A stretch of DNA of 64,000 nucleotides from Mobula hypostoma. Its lineage: Eukaryota. Below the pieces are notes generated by a model that searched no databases, was not told the origin of the DNA, and saw only the letters and a list, made by a program, of their open reading frames with translations. The DNA lies in contig NC_086097.1 of the NCBI RefSeq assembly GCF_963921235.1, positions 225,310,001 to 225,374,000 on the forward strand, read 5' to 3'. Shown here one piece after another: positions 37,150 through 50,806 of this stretch; position 1 is the stretch's first letter, and every line of letters begins with the position of its first letter. The position numbers and the translations under genes are program-made.

Positions 37150-40100
37150 ACTCCTCCACGTTGAATAATAGTAGTTAAAGTGCTACCCGAGAGGTTTAAA
37201 GTGGTTTGGCAGGTTAACAGGAACCAGTGATAGATGTCAGAAAGAGGAGGGATGGTCAGGGCCAGTAAAAACAAGCAGGAGAAAAGTAATAGATATGATG
37301 GAAGGGATAGTTTGAAGTGTGTGCATTTTAATGCTAAAGTTATTATCAGTAAAGGTGATGAACTTAGAGCATGGATCAGTACACAGAACTATGAAGTGGC
37401 CACTATAGAGACTTGGCTGAGAGGGGGCCAGAAATGAGTGCTTAATGTCTCAGGGATTTGATGTTTTAGAAAAGATAAAAAGGGAGGTGAAAGAGTTGGG
37501 GGAGTTGTACTACTAATCAGGGACAACATCACAGTTACAATCAGAGGGGCTGTGACGGGAGGTGCGTTCACTGAGCCTACATGGGTAGAAATCAAAAATA
37601 GGAAGGTTGCAATCCTTTTGACCCCCTATAGCTACTGGGACATTGAGGAACAGATAAGCAGATAGATTAAGGAAGGTTCACTCTCTTTGAAGACACACTA
37701 ACATCTGCCTCTGAGACGGAGATCATAGGGTCATCAGGTGCAGCAGGGATCTTCACAGCTGTAGTTGTGTTCTCCCTTTCAAAGTGGGCATGGAAGGCGT
37801 TTAGTTCATCTGGTAGTGAAGCATCACTGCTATTCATGCTGTTGGGTTTTGCTTTGAAAGAAGTAATGTCTTGCAAGCCCTGCCAGAGTTGTCGTGCATC
37901 CAATGTCACCTCCAACCGCATTCGAAATTGTCTCTTCGCCCTTGAAGTAGCCCTCTGCGAATCATACCTGGTTTTCTGATACAGACCTGGATCGTCAGAC
38001 TTGAATGCCACACATCTAGCCTTCAGCAGACGACGTACCTCCTGGTTCATCCACGGCTTTTTGTTTGGGAATGTACAGTAAGTCTTTGTAGGCACACACT
38101 CATCCACACAGGTTTTAATGAAGTTGGTAACAACTGCAGCATACTCATTCAGATTCAAAGATGAATCCCTGAATACAGTCCAATCTTCCTATTCCAAGCA
38201 ATCCTGTCAGCATTCCTGTGCTTCCCTTATTCATACCTTCTTGGTCCTCACTACTGGTGCTGCAGTCTTCAGTCTCTGCCTATACTCAGTAGAAGTACAG
38301 CCAGGTGATCAGACTTCCTGAAGTGAGGGCGTGGAATAGCACGGCAGGCATTCTTGATGGTGGTGTAGCAATGGTCCAGTGTGTTGTTTCTTCTGATATT
38401 GCATGTGATCTGTTTAATAGTAATTGCTCAGTGATTTTTTCAGACTGGCCTGGTTAAAATCTCCAAAAACAATAGTGACGGCTTTAGGATGCACTGTTTC
38501 ATATATGTTGCTCATTGCTCAGATCATCTAAAGCCTGATTGATATTGGCTTGAGGTGGAATGTATACTGCTACCAAAATGACCCCGGAGAACTCCCGTGG
38601 TAGGTAAAAAGGACAGCACTTTACTGCTGGATATTCCAGGTCTGGTGAGCAGAATTGGGACAGCACAGATATATTTGTGCACCAAGAAGAGTTGATCATG
38701 AGGCATACTCCGCCACCTCTGCTTTTGGGAGACTCTATAGATCTATCCTGACATTGTATAGTAGACCCGTCAATCTGAATCGCTGCATCTGGTACGGAAG
38801 GGTTAACCAGGATTCCATGAAACAAAGGACACATGCGGTCTTAATGTCCCTCTGATTCAGCACCCTAGCTCTGAGATCATTGATTTTTTTTCACCAAAGA
38901 CTGCATGTTTGCCAGCAAGATGTCGGCCGAGGTGATGAACTTAATCAAGAAAAAGGAAAAATATGCAGAGTTTAGGAAGCTGGAATCAAAGAGAGTCCTG
39001 GGGGATTATAAGGAAGCCAGAAAAGGACTCAGGAAGGAAATTAGGAAAGCCAGGAAAGGCTAGGAAAAGTCCTTGGAAAGTAGAATTAAACACAATCCCA
39101 AGACTTTCTTTCCATCCATCAAGAGCAAGAGGATCACTTGCGAGAGGTTAGAACTACTCAATGATAAATAGGGGGATCTTTTGTTTGGATGTAAAGAATG
39201 TGAATGAGGTCCTTAATGAGTACATCAGTATTTATCAAGGAGAAGGACATAGAAGATAGGCAGATCAGTGTTGAGCGTATTGATATCTAGGGCATTCCGA
39301 AGTAAAGTAGGAGGTAGTATTGGGTCACTAAGAGCATTAAGGTGGAAAAAGTCCCCAGGACCTGATGGGATACTGTATACCCTAAGCTATTGAGAGAGGC
39401 AAGAGAAGATATTGCTTGGGTCTTGACCAGTATCTGTGTCCTCTCTAGCCAAGCAATGTCCCAGAGTACTGGCGAGTAGCTATGATGTTCCATTATTCAA
39501 GAAGAGAAACAGGGATAAGCTTGGAAACTACAGACCAGTGACTCATGGATCAGTATTAGGGAAGTTACTCAAGAGAATTCTTAGAGATAGGATTTCAAAG
39601 CATTTGGAAAACCATAGCCTAATTAGGCTTTGTGCAGGTTCTTCGTGTCTTACTAACTTGATTGAGTTTTTTGATGAGCTGACAAAGATGATTGATGAAG
39701 GTAGAGCTGTGGATGTTGTTTACATGGATTTTAGTGTGGTGCTTGACAAGATCCCTCAAAGGAGGCTCTTCCAGAAGATTAATGTGCATGTGATCCAGAG
39801 TGAATTGGCTGTTTGGATTCAGAACTGGTGGTGGTGGTCAAATGGACTTATTCTAGCTGGAGGTTTCTCATTAGTGCTGTTCCACGCAGATCTGTACTTA
39901 GACCTATGCTACCTGTCACATAAATAAATGAGCTGGGTCAAAACGTAGATGGGTGGGTTAATAAGTATGCAGATGATATAAAGATTGGTGGTTTTGTGGA
40001 TAGCGCAGAAGACTGCCAAAGAATACAATGGGATAAGGGTCAGTTTCAAATATGGACAGAGAAATGGCAGATGGAGTTTAACCCAGATAAATATGAAGTG

Positions 40101-40830
40101 TTGCACCTTGCTAAAGACAGTGCACTGTTAAGGGCAAGATCCTTAACAGTGTTGATGAGCAGAAAGATCTTGGGGTCCAAGTTCGTTGTTTTCCGAAAGT
40201 AGCTTCGCAGGTTGATAGGGTGGTTAAGAAAGCATATGGCATGCTTGACTTTATTAGTGGAGGCATCGAGCTGGAAAATCAGGAAGTTATGTTCAGCTTT
40301 AGGATGCGTCTGAAGTATTGCATATATTTTGGTTGTTAAGTCCTTGGAGAGGGTGCCAAAGAGGGTTACCAGGATGTTGCCTGGATTAAAAGGCATGTGC
40401 TATAAGAAGAGCTTGAACAAACATGGGTTGTTTTCTCTGGTGCGGTGGAGGCTGAGGGGAGATCTGAAAGAGGTCTATAAGGTTATGAGAGGCCAAGAGT
40501 AGACAGACAATATCTTTTTCAAGGTTTGAAACGTCTAATGCCAGAGGGCATGATTTAAGGTGAGAAGAGGCAATTTCAGCGATGAGAGGCAAGTTTTTTA
40601 ATTTTATACATAGAGTGAGGTGGGTGCCTGGAATGCACTGCCTGGGGTGGTATCAGAGGCAGAAATATTAGAGACTTTTAAGTTACTTTTAGGGAGACAA
40701 ATGAATGTGAGAAAAATGGAAGGATATGGACATTGTGTGGGCAGAAGGGATTAGTTTAGTTAGCCATTTAATTACTAATTTAATTGGTTTGTCACAACTT
40801 TCTGAGCTGAAGTGCTTGTTCTAATACCTG
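37150..40830 (+). mobile_element. Decayed CR1 (APE to 3' end) interrupted at 37669-38925
   Basis: LKCVHFNA..KGDELRAWI..ETWL; PLFKKRNRDKLGNYRPV..SCLTNLIEFFDE; KWQMEFNPDK. Confidence 0.8.
37669..38925 (-). mobile_element. Rex1/Babar LINE, endonuclease/linker region
   Basis: QDRSIESPKSRGGGVCLMINSSWC...VAVYIPPQAN; FPNKKPWMN...LPDELNAFHAHFE. Confidence 0.85.
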
Positions 40831-41004
40831 GAAGAAGCATTGAGTAGAACATAGACATAGAATGTGGGAATTTCAATACCCAGAATTATCACCTATCTTG
40901 GCTCCAATGGCTGTGCTGACATTTAGTTGGTGGAGAACAAAATTTCAAGGTTCAATTAGCTGCAGGTGGTGAGTGAACTAGCATGATAGATAAACTCATT
41001 CAGT

Positions 41005-41735
41005 GTAGCGTAAGTGTCCCTACACCTCCTCTCTCACCACCATTCAGGGCCTCAATCAGTCCTTCCAGGAGAGGCAACACTTCACTTGTGAGTCTGTTGG
41101 GGTCATCTATTGCATCCGGTGCTCCCGGTGCGGCCTCCTCTACATCGGTGAGAGCCGACGCAGATTGGGGGACCGCTTCGTCGAGCACCTCTGCTCTGTC
41201 TGCCACAACAGACAGGATCTCCCAGTTGCCATCCACTTCAACTCTGCTTCACATTTGGGTATATCCATACATGGCTTCCTCCACTGCCATGATGAGACCA
41301 AACTCAAGTTGGAGGAACAACACCTCATATACCCTCTGGGTAGTCTGCAGCCCTTTGGCATGAACATTGAATTTTCCAACTTCCGGTAATTCCCTCCCCA
41401 TCCCAGTTTCACTCTGCCCCCTCCCCCAGCTGCCTATCACCTCCCTCATGGTTCCGCTTCCTTCTATTACCCATTGTGTTTTCCCCTATTCCTTCTTCAC
41501 CTTTCCTGCCTATCCCCCTCCCTGCTTCTCCTCCCCCACCCCTTGATCTTTCTCCTTACTGGTTTTTCACCTGGAACCTACCAACTTTCTCCTTCCCGCC
41601 CCCCTCCCACCTTCTTTATAGGGCCCCTACATCCTCCCTCTTCAGTCCTGACGAAGGGTCTCGGCCCGAAACATTGACTGTTACCGCGGATGCTGCCCGA
41701 CCTGCTGAGTTCCTCCAGTGTGTTGTGCGTGTAAC
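41005..41735 (+). mobile_element. Penelope-like element 3' part (second subfamily)
   Basis: GIY-YIG VIYCIRCSRCGLLYIGESRRRLGDRFVEHL...MNIEFSNFR; pyrimidine-rich UTR; hammerhead motif 41643-41680. Confidence 0.88.
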
Positions 41736-42069
41736 TCACTCAACCAGCCTTGTTTTCACTAATCTGCCCAAGGTATGCTTCTCAAAGACAGTACTTAGTG
41801 ATCACCACACGGTGCTTGTGGAGACAAGGTCCTAGTTCCACAGCGAAGACTCCAACCATTGTTTCATATGGAAATGCTGTCTATTTAAACTCAACACATC
41901 TAGCTGCTGAAATGTGCTATCCATGAAATTAAATAATCTAAATTTGAGCTGCTGTAGAATTGTATTCTGCTGTGGCCTGAAACCTTATTGTTCAGCATAT
42001 ACCCCGGAATAATCATTACCAAAATTCAAAGTAAATTTATTATCAAAATATGTATACGTCACCATATAC

Positions 42070-42710
42070 CAGGGTCCCCCAACCTTTTTTGCACCATGGT
42101 TTAATATTGACAATATTCTTGTGGACCGGCCGACCGGGTGGAGGGGGGGGGGGCGTGGGTGTCCAAGTAGGGTTAAGCTCACCTCAACATGTCTTTTACA
42201 GTTAGGGTTGCCAATTTTCCCACTCCCAAATAAGGGACAAAAGTAGCAGTCAAATCCCGGGTCACTTTACCCCAGGTAAGACTACCATGACCATGAAGCC
42301 TTGCGCGGGCACCTGTGTGCGCATGCGTGACGTGCGCATATGATGTGCGCATGTGCGTACGTGCCAATAATTTTTCTCCCCACAAATCGGTTTTGCCTTC
42401 ATCTTCCCGACTACACCGTACATACATTATTTCTACTTTATATGGGCTGTGTATTTATCATATCATTCCTGCTTTTACTATATGTTAGTGTTATTTATTT
42501 TAGGTTTTATGTGTTATTTGGTATGATTTGTTAGGTTATTTTTTGGGTCTGGGAACGCTCAAAAATTTTTCCCATATAAATTAATGGTAATTGCTTCTTG
42601 GCTTCACGCCATTTCGGCACGAAAGGTTTCGTAGGAACATTCTACCTTGGCGGCAGAAATACAGGACAAAGCAATTTAGCCCAATATACGGGATGTCCCG
42701 GCAAATATGG
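42070..42710 (+). mobile_element. hAT-like (Charlie-type end) composite non-autonomous DNA element
   Basis: Begins cagggtccccaaccttttt; internal tagggttgcca...ataagggaca and CpG-rich gtgcgcat repeats; right end not found. Confidence 0.5.
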
Positions 42711-43064
42711 AGAAGACCTCAAGTATATCTGTTGGCTTAATAATGGCCAGGCCCAATTTGTGAGACCAAAGGGTAAGGAGGGAGCATTCTGATCCATCTG
42801 CAGTCAGCAGTACTGAATGGCGAGTCCATCTTGGATTCTACAAGACCCGGCTGAGAACAACGGATACAGAAAGGCAATGGGATCAGGCGATATCCTGACT
42901 CTTCCTGAAGATGTACACTCCAAAACTACCTGCAAACCTGACCAAACTGTTTGAATTCTGTTACAAAACTGGCATCTATCCAACAATATGGAAAACAGTT
43001 CATCTATGAGCTTATAAAAAAGATACATTGATACATTTTTTAAGAAATACATTTTTTTTTAAAA

Positions 43065-43720
43065 AATGAGACACACAAGCCCTTCTGGCCCAGTGAGCTG
43101 CACCTTAAAACCACTCACTTTGGGCACATGGGGCTTATCAACTGTTGTTGGCTGCTCATCTAGGAGAAGAAAGACTCTGATATTAAACCTCCACTGCCTC
43201 GCAGTAACACCTACTCATAGAGAAGGCTTTAGGAGGAAACCCCAAGGAAAGATCCGGAGCTGGAGTCCCTAAGGCAGTCCTACATTGAGTTCAGCATGTA
43301 ATGGCAACTCCTGTGATGCTTCTGGTGCCAAACTGTATCAGTCCCCGTCGTTCCTTTTGATTCATCAGCTGTGTGGAGGGAGGGAGTCTACTGTATGGGC
43401 AAGTGCTTGCTGTCCATATCGTACTGCCCTGGCTTTGTGTATTAGCTCACATACTGAAACATAGACAGCTAGGACACAACACCCATGGTTGACCCAATCA
43501 ATGGAAGGCCTTCTCAAATCATAGGACAACATATGATGATCAATTAGCCAGTATGAATTCAGAATGTGGGTGGAAACCGGAGAACCCAGAAGAAACTCAT
43601 GCACTTCACAGAAAGGACGTACTGACTTCTTACAGATGGCATTGGAATTGCACCCCAAACTCTGTCACCCTGTGCTGTAATAGCATCATGCTAACCTCTA
43701 CACTAAAGCTATGTCCTGTT
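43065..43720. mobile_element. SINE (-) with nested RTE-derived segment (~43110-43520)
   Basis: agaatgtgggtggaaaccggagaaccc is the reverse V-domain; middle part has RTE-like 5' UTR motifs. Confidence 0.45.
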
Positions 43721-44839
43721 TCAAAAACCAGGACAAATCCAATCCAATCAATACCAAATGAGAAAACATGGACTGAACAATTAAATTCCAGGGATGAGGG
43801 AAGAGTGGCTGAACTTGACCAGGTTTTGCTTTAAGGAGCCCTAGATTGCAATAATGAACGCCGGGAATTCGGGGTCTATGGACTCGGTTTGGCTTGGAAT
43901 GCTGTTGCCTGCTCCTACTGTTTGCATGATTTGTGTTTTTTCCCCTCTTTCACTGCACATTGGGTGTCTTTCTTTTTAATTGGGTGCTTCCGGGTTTATT
44001 ACTTTGTGGCTGCCTGTAAGCAGACAAATCTCAAGGTTGTTGTATTATTTATACGTACTTTGATAACAAATCTACTTTGAATCTTTAAAGCTGAATTTCA
44101 TGGCCATCAAATGAAAAATACTCCATTCATCAAAATGAGGTCAAAAGTGATAATCTGCCAATGCAGGATATAATAATCCCAATGTGGGCAGATTGGATCA
44201 AAAATTGAATTCTTGCTATATCCAGTCATGCACTGTAGTGGGATCTGCAGGAGAAGGCCTAGAAGTATATCTGTCAGCTTAATAATGGCCAGGCGCAATG
44301 ATTGCTATGATTATTCAATACAGCATGTAACTCCTAAAGAAATGAAACAGTTCATATCATGAAGACAACACTGAAACTTGTGCTGATATGAAGTAGCATT
44401 TGTTCTATAGAACCTCAAGTAAATGATTTTTCCAATAACAGCTTTGAAGTACCTCTATTTGATATCCATTGGTGTTAATATCAGCAAGCTAATGACCATG
44501 ACATTATAATTCTTAAAAAGTTAATTTCACTAGCTGCACAAGTACTGCTTGAACAGGTTTTAATATATCCTGCCATGAGTGACTCAACACCTGACAGCAA
44601 AGTTTTTCCAGCATCAAGTCAGGACCAAGACGGAATACACTCCACTTACCTCATTGGGTATAGTTATGCCACATTCGTGAAGCTCAATACACACAGGACA
44701 CGGCATCCATTAGTTTAGATATTTAACGACTCTACCATCAGCATACTGCACCATTCAAGACTTTCTCTAAAGCCCATAATCATCAAGAAAGGCAACGTGG
44801 ACACCATCATGTATGGGGCAAACCATGTGGACTCACAAA

Positions 44840-46447
44840 TGCATCACAATATCTTTGGGGTTTAAAGTGCAGAGGTGCAAAGTGACTTGGGAGTCTTGTG
44901 CAAGATACCCTTAAGTTTAACCTCCAGGTTGAGTCGGTGGTGAAGAAGGCGAATGCAACGTTGGCATTCATTCTAGAGGTATAGAATATAACAGCAGGGA
45001 TGTGATGTTGAGGCTCTATAAGGCACTCGTGAGACCATACTTGGAGTATTGTGTGCAGTTTTGGGCTCCTTATTTTAGAAAGGATATAACCATATAACCA
45101 TATAACGACTACAGCACAGAAACAGGCGATCTCGGATCTTCTAGTCCATGCCGAACTCTTACTCTCACCTAGCCCCACCGACCTGCACTCAGCCCATAAC
45201 CCTCCATTCCTTTCCTGTCCATATATTTATCCAATTTAACTTTAAATGACAACATTGAACCTGCCTCAACCACTTCTGCTGGAAGCTCGTTCCACACAGC
45301 TACCACTCTCTGAGTAAAGAAGTTCCCCCTCATGTTACCCCTAAACTTTTGCCCTTTAACTCTCAACTCATGTCCTCTCGTTTGAATCTCCCCCACTCTC
45401 AATGGAAAAAGCCTATGCACGTCAACTCTATCTATCCCCCCCATAATTTTAAATACCTCTATCAAGTCCCCCCTCAACCTTCTACTCTCCAAAGAATGAA
45501 GACCTAACTTGTTCAACCTTTCTCTGTAACTTAGGAGACGAAACCCAGGCAACATTTTAGTAAATCTCCTCTGTACTCTCTCAATTTTATTGACATCTTT
45601 CCTATAATTTGGTGACCAGAACTGTACACAATACTCCAAATTTGGCCTCAACAATGCCTTATACAATTTCAACATTGCATCCCAATTCCTATACTCAATG
45701 CTTTGATTAATAAAGGCCAGCATACCAAAAGCTTTCTTCACCACCCTATCCACATGAGATTCCACCTTCAGGGAACTATGCACCATTATTCCTAGATCCC
45801 TCTGTTCTACTACATTTTTCAATGCCCTACAATTTACTATGTATGTCCTATTTTGATTAGTCTACCAAAATGTAGCACCTCACATTTTTCAGCATTAAAC
45901 TCCATCTGCCATCTTTCAGCCCACTGACAAGGATATACTGACATTGAAGAGGGTTCAGAGAAGATTCATGAGAATGATTCCAGGAATGAAAGGGTTATCA
46001 TATGAGGAACGTCCGGCAGCTCTTGGGCTGTATTTTCTGGAGTTCAGGAGAATGAGGGAGGATCTCATAGAAACATTCCGAATGTTAAAAGGCCTGAACA
46101 GGTTAGATATGACAAGGTTATTTCTCATGGTAGGGGATTCTAGGACAAGAGGGCATGGCTTCAGAATTGAATGACGTCCACTTAGAACTGAGATGTGGAG
46201 AAATTACTTTAGTCAGAGGTGGTAGATCTGTGGAATTTGTTGCCACGAGTGGCTGTGGAGGCCAAGTCATTGGGTGTATTTAAGGCAGACATAGTTTGGT
46301 TCTTGATTAGCCAGGGCATCAGATGGTATGAGTTGAAGGCAGTGGAATGGGGATGACTGGAAGAAATAGATCAGCCCATGATTGAATGGTGGAGCAGACT
46401 TGATGAGCCGAATGACCTACTTCTGCCCTTACATTTTATGGTCTTAT
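44840..46447 (+). mobile_element. CR1 3' fragment interrupted at 45086-45927
   Basis: [19 protein letters not shown]; resumes KRVQRRFMRMIPGMKGLSYEER; (cttatggt)-type tail. Confidence 0.88.
45086..45927 (-). mobile_element. CR1 3' fragment nested antisense in CR1
   Basis: Intact 217-aa ORF 45169-45822; TSD aaggatata; (atatggtt)n tail. Confidence 0.92.
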
Positions 46448-46449
46448 TG

Positions 46450-48585
46450 TCGCAACATCAACCCCTGTGGAACTCCACTGGCAACCGGCAGCCAGCCAGA
46501 ATAGAATCCCTTTATTCCCACTCTCTGTAATCTGCCGATCAGCCAATACTCCACCCACGCTAGTAACTTCCCTGTAATTCCAGGGCTCTTATTTTGCTAA
46601 GTAGCCTCATGTGCAGCACCTTGTCAAAGGCCTTCTGAAAATCCAAGTACGCCGCATCTACTGCATCTCCTTTGTCGGCCCTGCTTGTAATTTCCTCAAA
46701 GAATTGCAATAGGTTTGTCAGGCAGGAGTTTCCTTTCAGGAAACCATGCTGGCTTTGGCCTATCTTGTCATGTGCCTCCAGGTACTCCGTAATCTCAACC
46801 CTAACAATCAATTCCAACAACTTCTGAACCACTGACGTCAGGCTAACAGGTCTATAGTTTCCTTTCTGCTGCCTCCCACCCTTCTTAAATAGCGAAGTAA
46901 CATTTGCCATTTTCCAGTCATCCACTATAGAACATAGAAAACCTACAGCAGGATACAGGCCCTTCGGTCCACAAAGCTGTGCCGAACATGTTCTTACCTT
47001 TGAATTACCTAGGTTTACCCATAGCCTTCTATTTTTCTAAGGTCCATGTACCTATCCAGGAGCCTCTTAAAAGGACTCTATCATTTCTGCCTCCACCACC
47101 ACCGCCAACAGCCCATTCCACACACTCACCACTCTCTGCATAAAAAACTTACCCCTGACCATCTCCTGGTACAATACTAGAATCTATTGATTCTTGAAAG
47201 ATCACCATTAATGCTGCTGCATCTCTTCAGCTGCTTCCTTCAGAACCTGAGGGTGCAGTCCATCAGGTCCAGGAGATTTATCCACCCTCAGACCATTAAG
47301 CTTCCTGAGCACCTTCTCAGTCGTAATTTTCACTGCACAAACTTCATTTCCCTGACACTCTTGAATGTCCAGTATACTGCAGATGTCTTCCACTCTGAAG
47401 ACTGTTGCAAAATATGCATCGACTTCCTCTGCCATCTCTGTGGCTCTCATTACAGTATGCCAGCATCATTTTTCTATTGGTCCTATATCTACCCTCAACT
47501 CTCTTTTACCCTTTATATACTTTAAAAAGCTTTTAGTATCTTCTTTGATATTAGTCGCCATATTCCTTTCGTAATTCATCTTTTCATTCTTAATGACCTT
47601 CTGCAAGTTTTTAAAAACTCCCCAATTCTCTATCATCCCACTAGCTCTGGCTTCCTTGTATGCCTTCTCTTTTGCTTTTACTTTGACTGGTTTCACTTGT
47701 CAGCCACGGTAGTGTCCTTCTTCCCTTTGAAAATTTATTCTTATTCGTAATATATCTGTCTTGCACTTCGCTCATTTTTCGCAGAAACTCCAGCCATTGG
47801 TGCTCTGCTGTCCTTCCTGCAAATGTCATTTTTCAGTCAACTTTGACCAGTTCCCCTCTCATGCCATTGTAATTTCCTTTTTTCCACTGAAATACCAACA
47901 CATTGGATTTTATTTTTTTCCTCTCAAATTTCAATGTGAATTCGATCATTTTGTGATCACTGTTCCCTAAGGGTTCCTTAACCTTAAGCTCTCTTATCAC
48001 CTCTGGATCGTTGTACAACACCCAATCCAGCACAGCCAATCACCTAGTGGACTTCAACAACAAGCTATTCTAAAAAGCCATCCCTTAGACATCCCTACAA
48101 ATTCTCTCTCTTGAGGTCCAGTACCGACCTGGTTTTCCCAATCCACTTTCATGTTAAAATCCCCAACGATTATCATGACATTACCTTTCTGACTTGCCTA
48201 TTACATCTCCTGCTGTAATTTGTAATCCACATCCCAGCTGCTATTTGGAAGTCTGTATACAACTGCTAGTAGGTTCCTTTTACTCTTGCCATTTCTTAAC
48301 TCAACCCATAGAGACTCTACACCTTCCAATCCTATGTCATCTCTTTCTAGTGATTTAATATTATTTCTTATACACAGAGCCACACCATCCCCTCTGCCTA
48401 CTAACCTATCTTTACAATACACCGTATATTCTTGGACGTTCAGCTCCCAGTGGCAGCCATCGTTTAGTCAAGTTTCAGCGATGGCCACAACGTCATATTT
48501 GCCAATCTGTAGCTGAATTTCAAGACTGTCCATTTTATTCCTTATGCTGCATGTATTCAAATATAACACTTTCAGTCCAGTATTT
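46450..48585 (-). mobile_element. CR1 ORF2 (APE to RT) fragment with nested CR1 3' end at ~46927-47165
   Basis: GDGVALCIR..VESLWVELRN..YRLPNS; KSPGPDGLHP; DWKMANVTSLFKKG..NYRPVSLTSVV. Confidence 0.88.
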
Positions 48586-49212
48586 GTGCAGGCAGATATG
48601 CAGATTAAACAGGCATCATAATTGGCACAGGCATTGTGAGCCAAAGGACCTGTTTCCAGTCCGGTGCATTACCATCTGCTTGGTAGAAGAACTGATAGTT
48701 ATCATTCAAGCAAACGTCTTTCTTAAAAATTCTTTAAAGACAAAAGGAGATGGTGAATAAATGGGCATTCTACCAATAACTTAATCCTGTAAATAAACAT
48801 GAACAATTTTAAAACACTTCTAAATATTTCAACACTATAAATATTAAATTAATAATGCACTTGAGACTTTAAAATATATTTAGATAGGAGTATTTGTGCA
48901 ACACATGTGACAAAGTTATTTTACATCAAAAACTATTCACCTGTTAAAGGCCCATTTCATTCCAACCATTACTGATGTTAAAATCAGTGATGAAGAAACA
49001 CTGCTTGCTGCTAATCTTCAAGTAAGCTTTCCACAAAGAATCAGTGATTTCTGTGGTGTATCATGATCCCTGGGGCCTAAGAACTGCAGTGTCATCAAGA
49101 TGTTGAATAGTCAATTGCATTGAAAATTTCACTCAGACAGCAAACTAGCTGGCAAGAAAGGGCAGCCTTGAAAATGTATTCACTAGATCTTCCTGATTGT
49201 GCCTAAAACATA

Positions 49213-49582
49213 CACTCAGTGGCACCTTTATTGGGTACACCTGCTCATTAATGCAAATATCTAATCAGCCAATCATGTGGCAGTAACTCAATGCATAATA
49301 CCATGCAGGTATGGTGAAGAGGTTCAGGTGTTGTTCAAACCAACCAACATAATGTGGAAGAAATGTGATCTAAGTGACTTTGACCGTGGAATGATTGTTG
49401 GTGCCAGACAGGGTGGTTTGAGCACCTCAAAAGCTGCTGATCTCCTGGGATTTCCACACATAACAGTCTCTAGAGTTTGCAGAGAATGGTGCGAAAGAAA
49501 AAAAAAAATCCAGTGAGCAGCAGTTCTGTGGGCGAAAACATCTTGTTAAAGAGAGAGGTCAGGGAGAATGGCCAGACTGGTG
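49213..49582 (+). mobile_element. Tc1-like element, left part
   Basis: TA-cactcagtggcacctttatt TIR; KKCDLSDFDRGMIVGARQGGLS..ADLLGF..TVSRV HTH. Confidence 0.8.
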
Positions 49583-49929
49583 GATCACACCAGTGACACT
49601 TTTGGGTGAATTATCTGAAGTGCGCAATTCCTTTTTTCAACACCCTAGAACATAGAATTCTACAGGGCAGGAATACACCCTTTGACTTATAGTTGTGCCA
49701 ACTGTGATGCCAATTTCAGTTGCACATCCACCTGGAAATAGGCTAAATCCAGCTCTTTCTTGCCTGTTCAGGTGTCAGCCTTAAGTGCTGCTATCGTGTC
49801 TACTCCCATCACTTCCCCTGGTTGCACATTCCAGGCAGCAAAAACTCTGTTTAAAAAAAATGAAACTCGAACTTGTAAATCTTTATTCTTCCCTCTCTCA
49901 TCTTAATTCTACAGTATCTAGTATTTGAA

Positions 49930-50806
49930 GGCAATGGAGCCAGAGACAGTTCACGAAGCTACTTTCACATTTTTTTCTTTTCAAATATATTTCTACTGCT
50001 ATGCTAAGTGTGATTGCATCCTATGATTTACGTTTTGACGGTGTGTTTTCGGGCCAATTGAAGGATCTGGCGCTTTGCTGTCCCTAAGGGAGTTTGGTGA
50101 GATCTGGAGCAGTATCTGTGACCTTGGAGGCCAAGCAACTGAAGACAGGGTATGAACCCATGATAAACTTCATTTCTCATCGATCCCTCTGATTAAATCA
50201 TCGAGCAAGATTAAAATCAATGAGGACGAGCAGAAAGTGAGCGGGTGTGTTTAGCGCCGTCTGTTTGTCTGTGACCAGTCTCTCTCCCTCTCGTTTGCTG
50301 CTGCCAAAGGAAGATGCCTGTGTTTGACCAGTCCCTCTCTCTCTCTCGTCCACTGCTGCTGGGGGGATGGTGCTGGAAGCATGGGTCCTGGGCAGGGTTT
50401 AATCAACATAGTTTGTGCATTGAACTCTATAGTTCATGGTATATTTGTTTCTGGTTTCTGGTTACTCCTTTTTTTAATTGGCATTTTGCGTGGTTTTGTT
50501 TGGGGTGAACTGTCCCTGCAGCCTGCAGTCAATGAATGCCATAGCACTAAAGTGAACTAAACTGAACACTCCCAGACTGTTTTAATGACTCTGTGGGTTG
50601 ATATTTTATATTCTGTGTGTTTTCACTCGTTTTTTGCTGTTTGTGCAATTTGTTCTTATTTTTGCGTGTTGTGTGTTTAATATTTTCCTTGAACGGATTC
50701 TATACAGTTTTTTCCGTTTTTGTGGCTGTCTGTGGGAAGAAGAATCTCAGGGTTGTATACTGAATATATCTTTTGATAATAAATGTACTTTGAATCTTTG
50801 AATCTT
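49930..50806 (+). mobile_element. Non-coding retroposon with (tttgaatc)n tail
   Basis: 3' end gataataaatgtactttgaatctttgaatc; a related tail occurs at 44060-44085. Confidence 0.45.
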
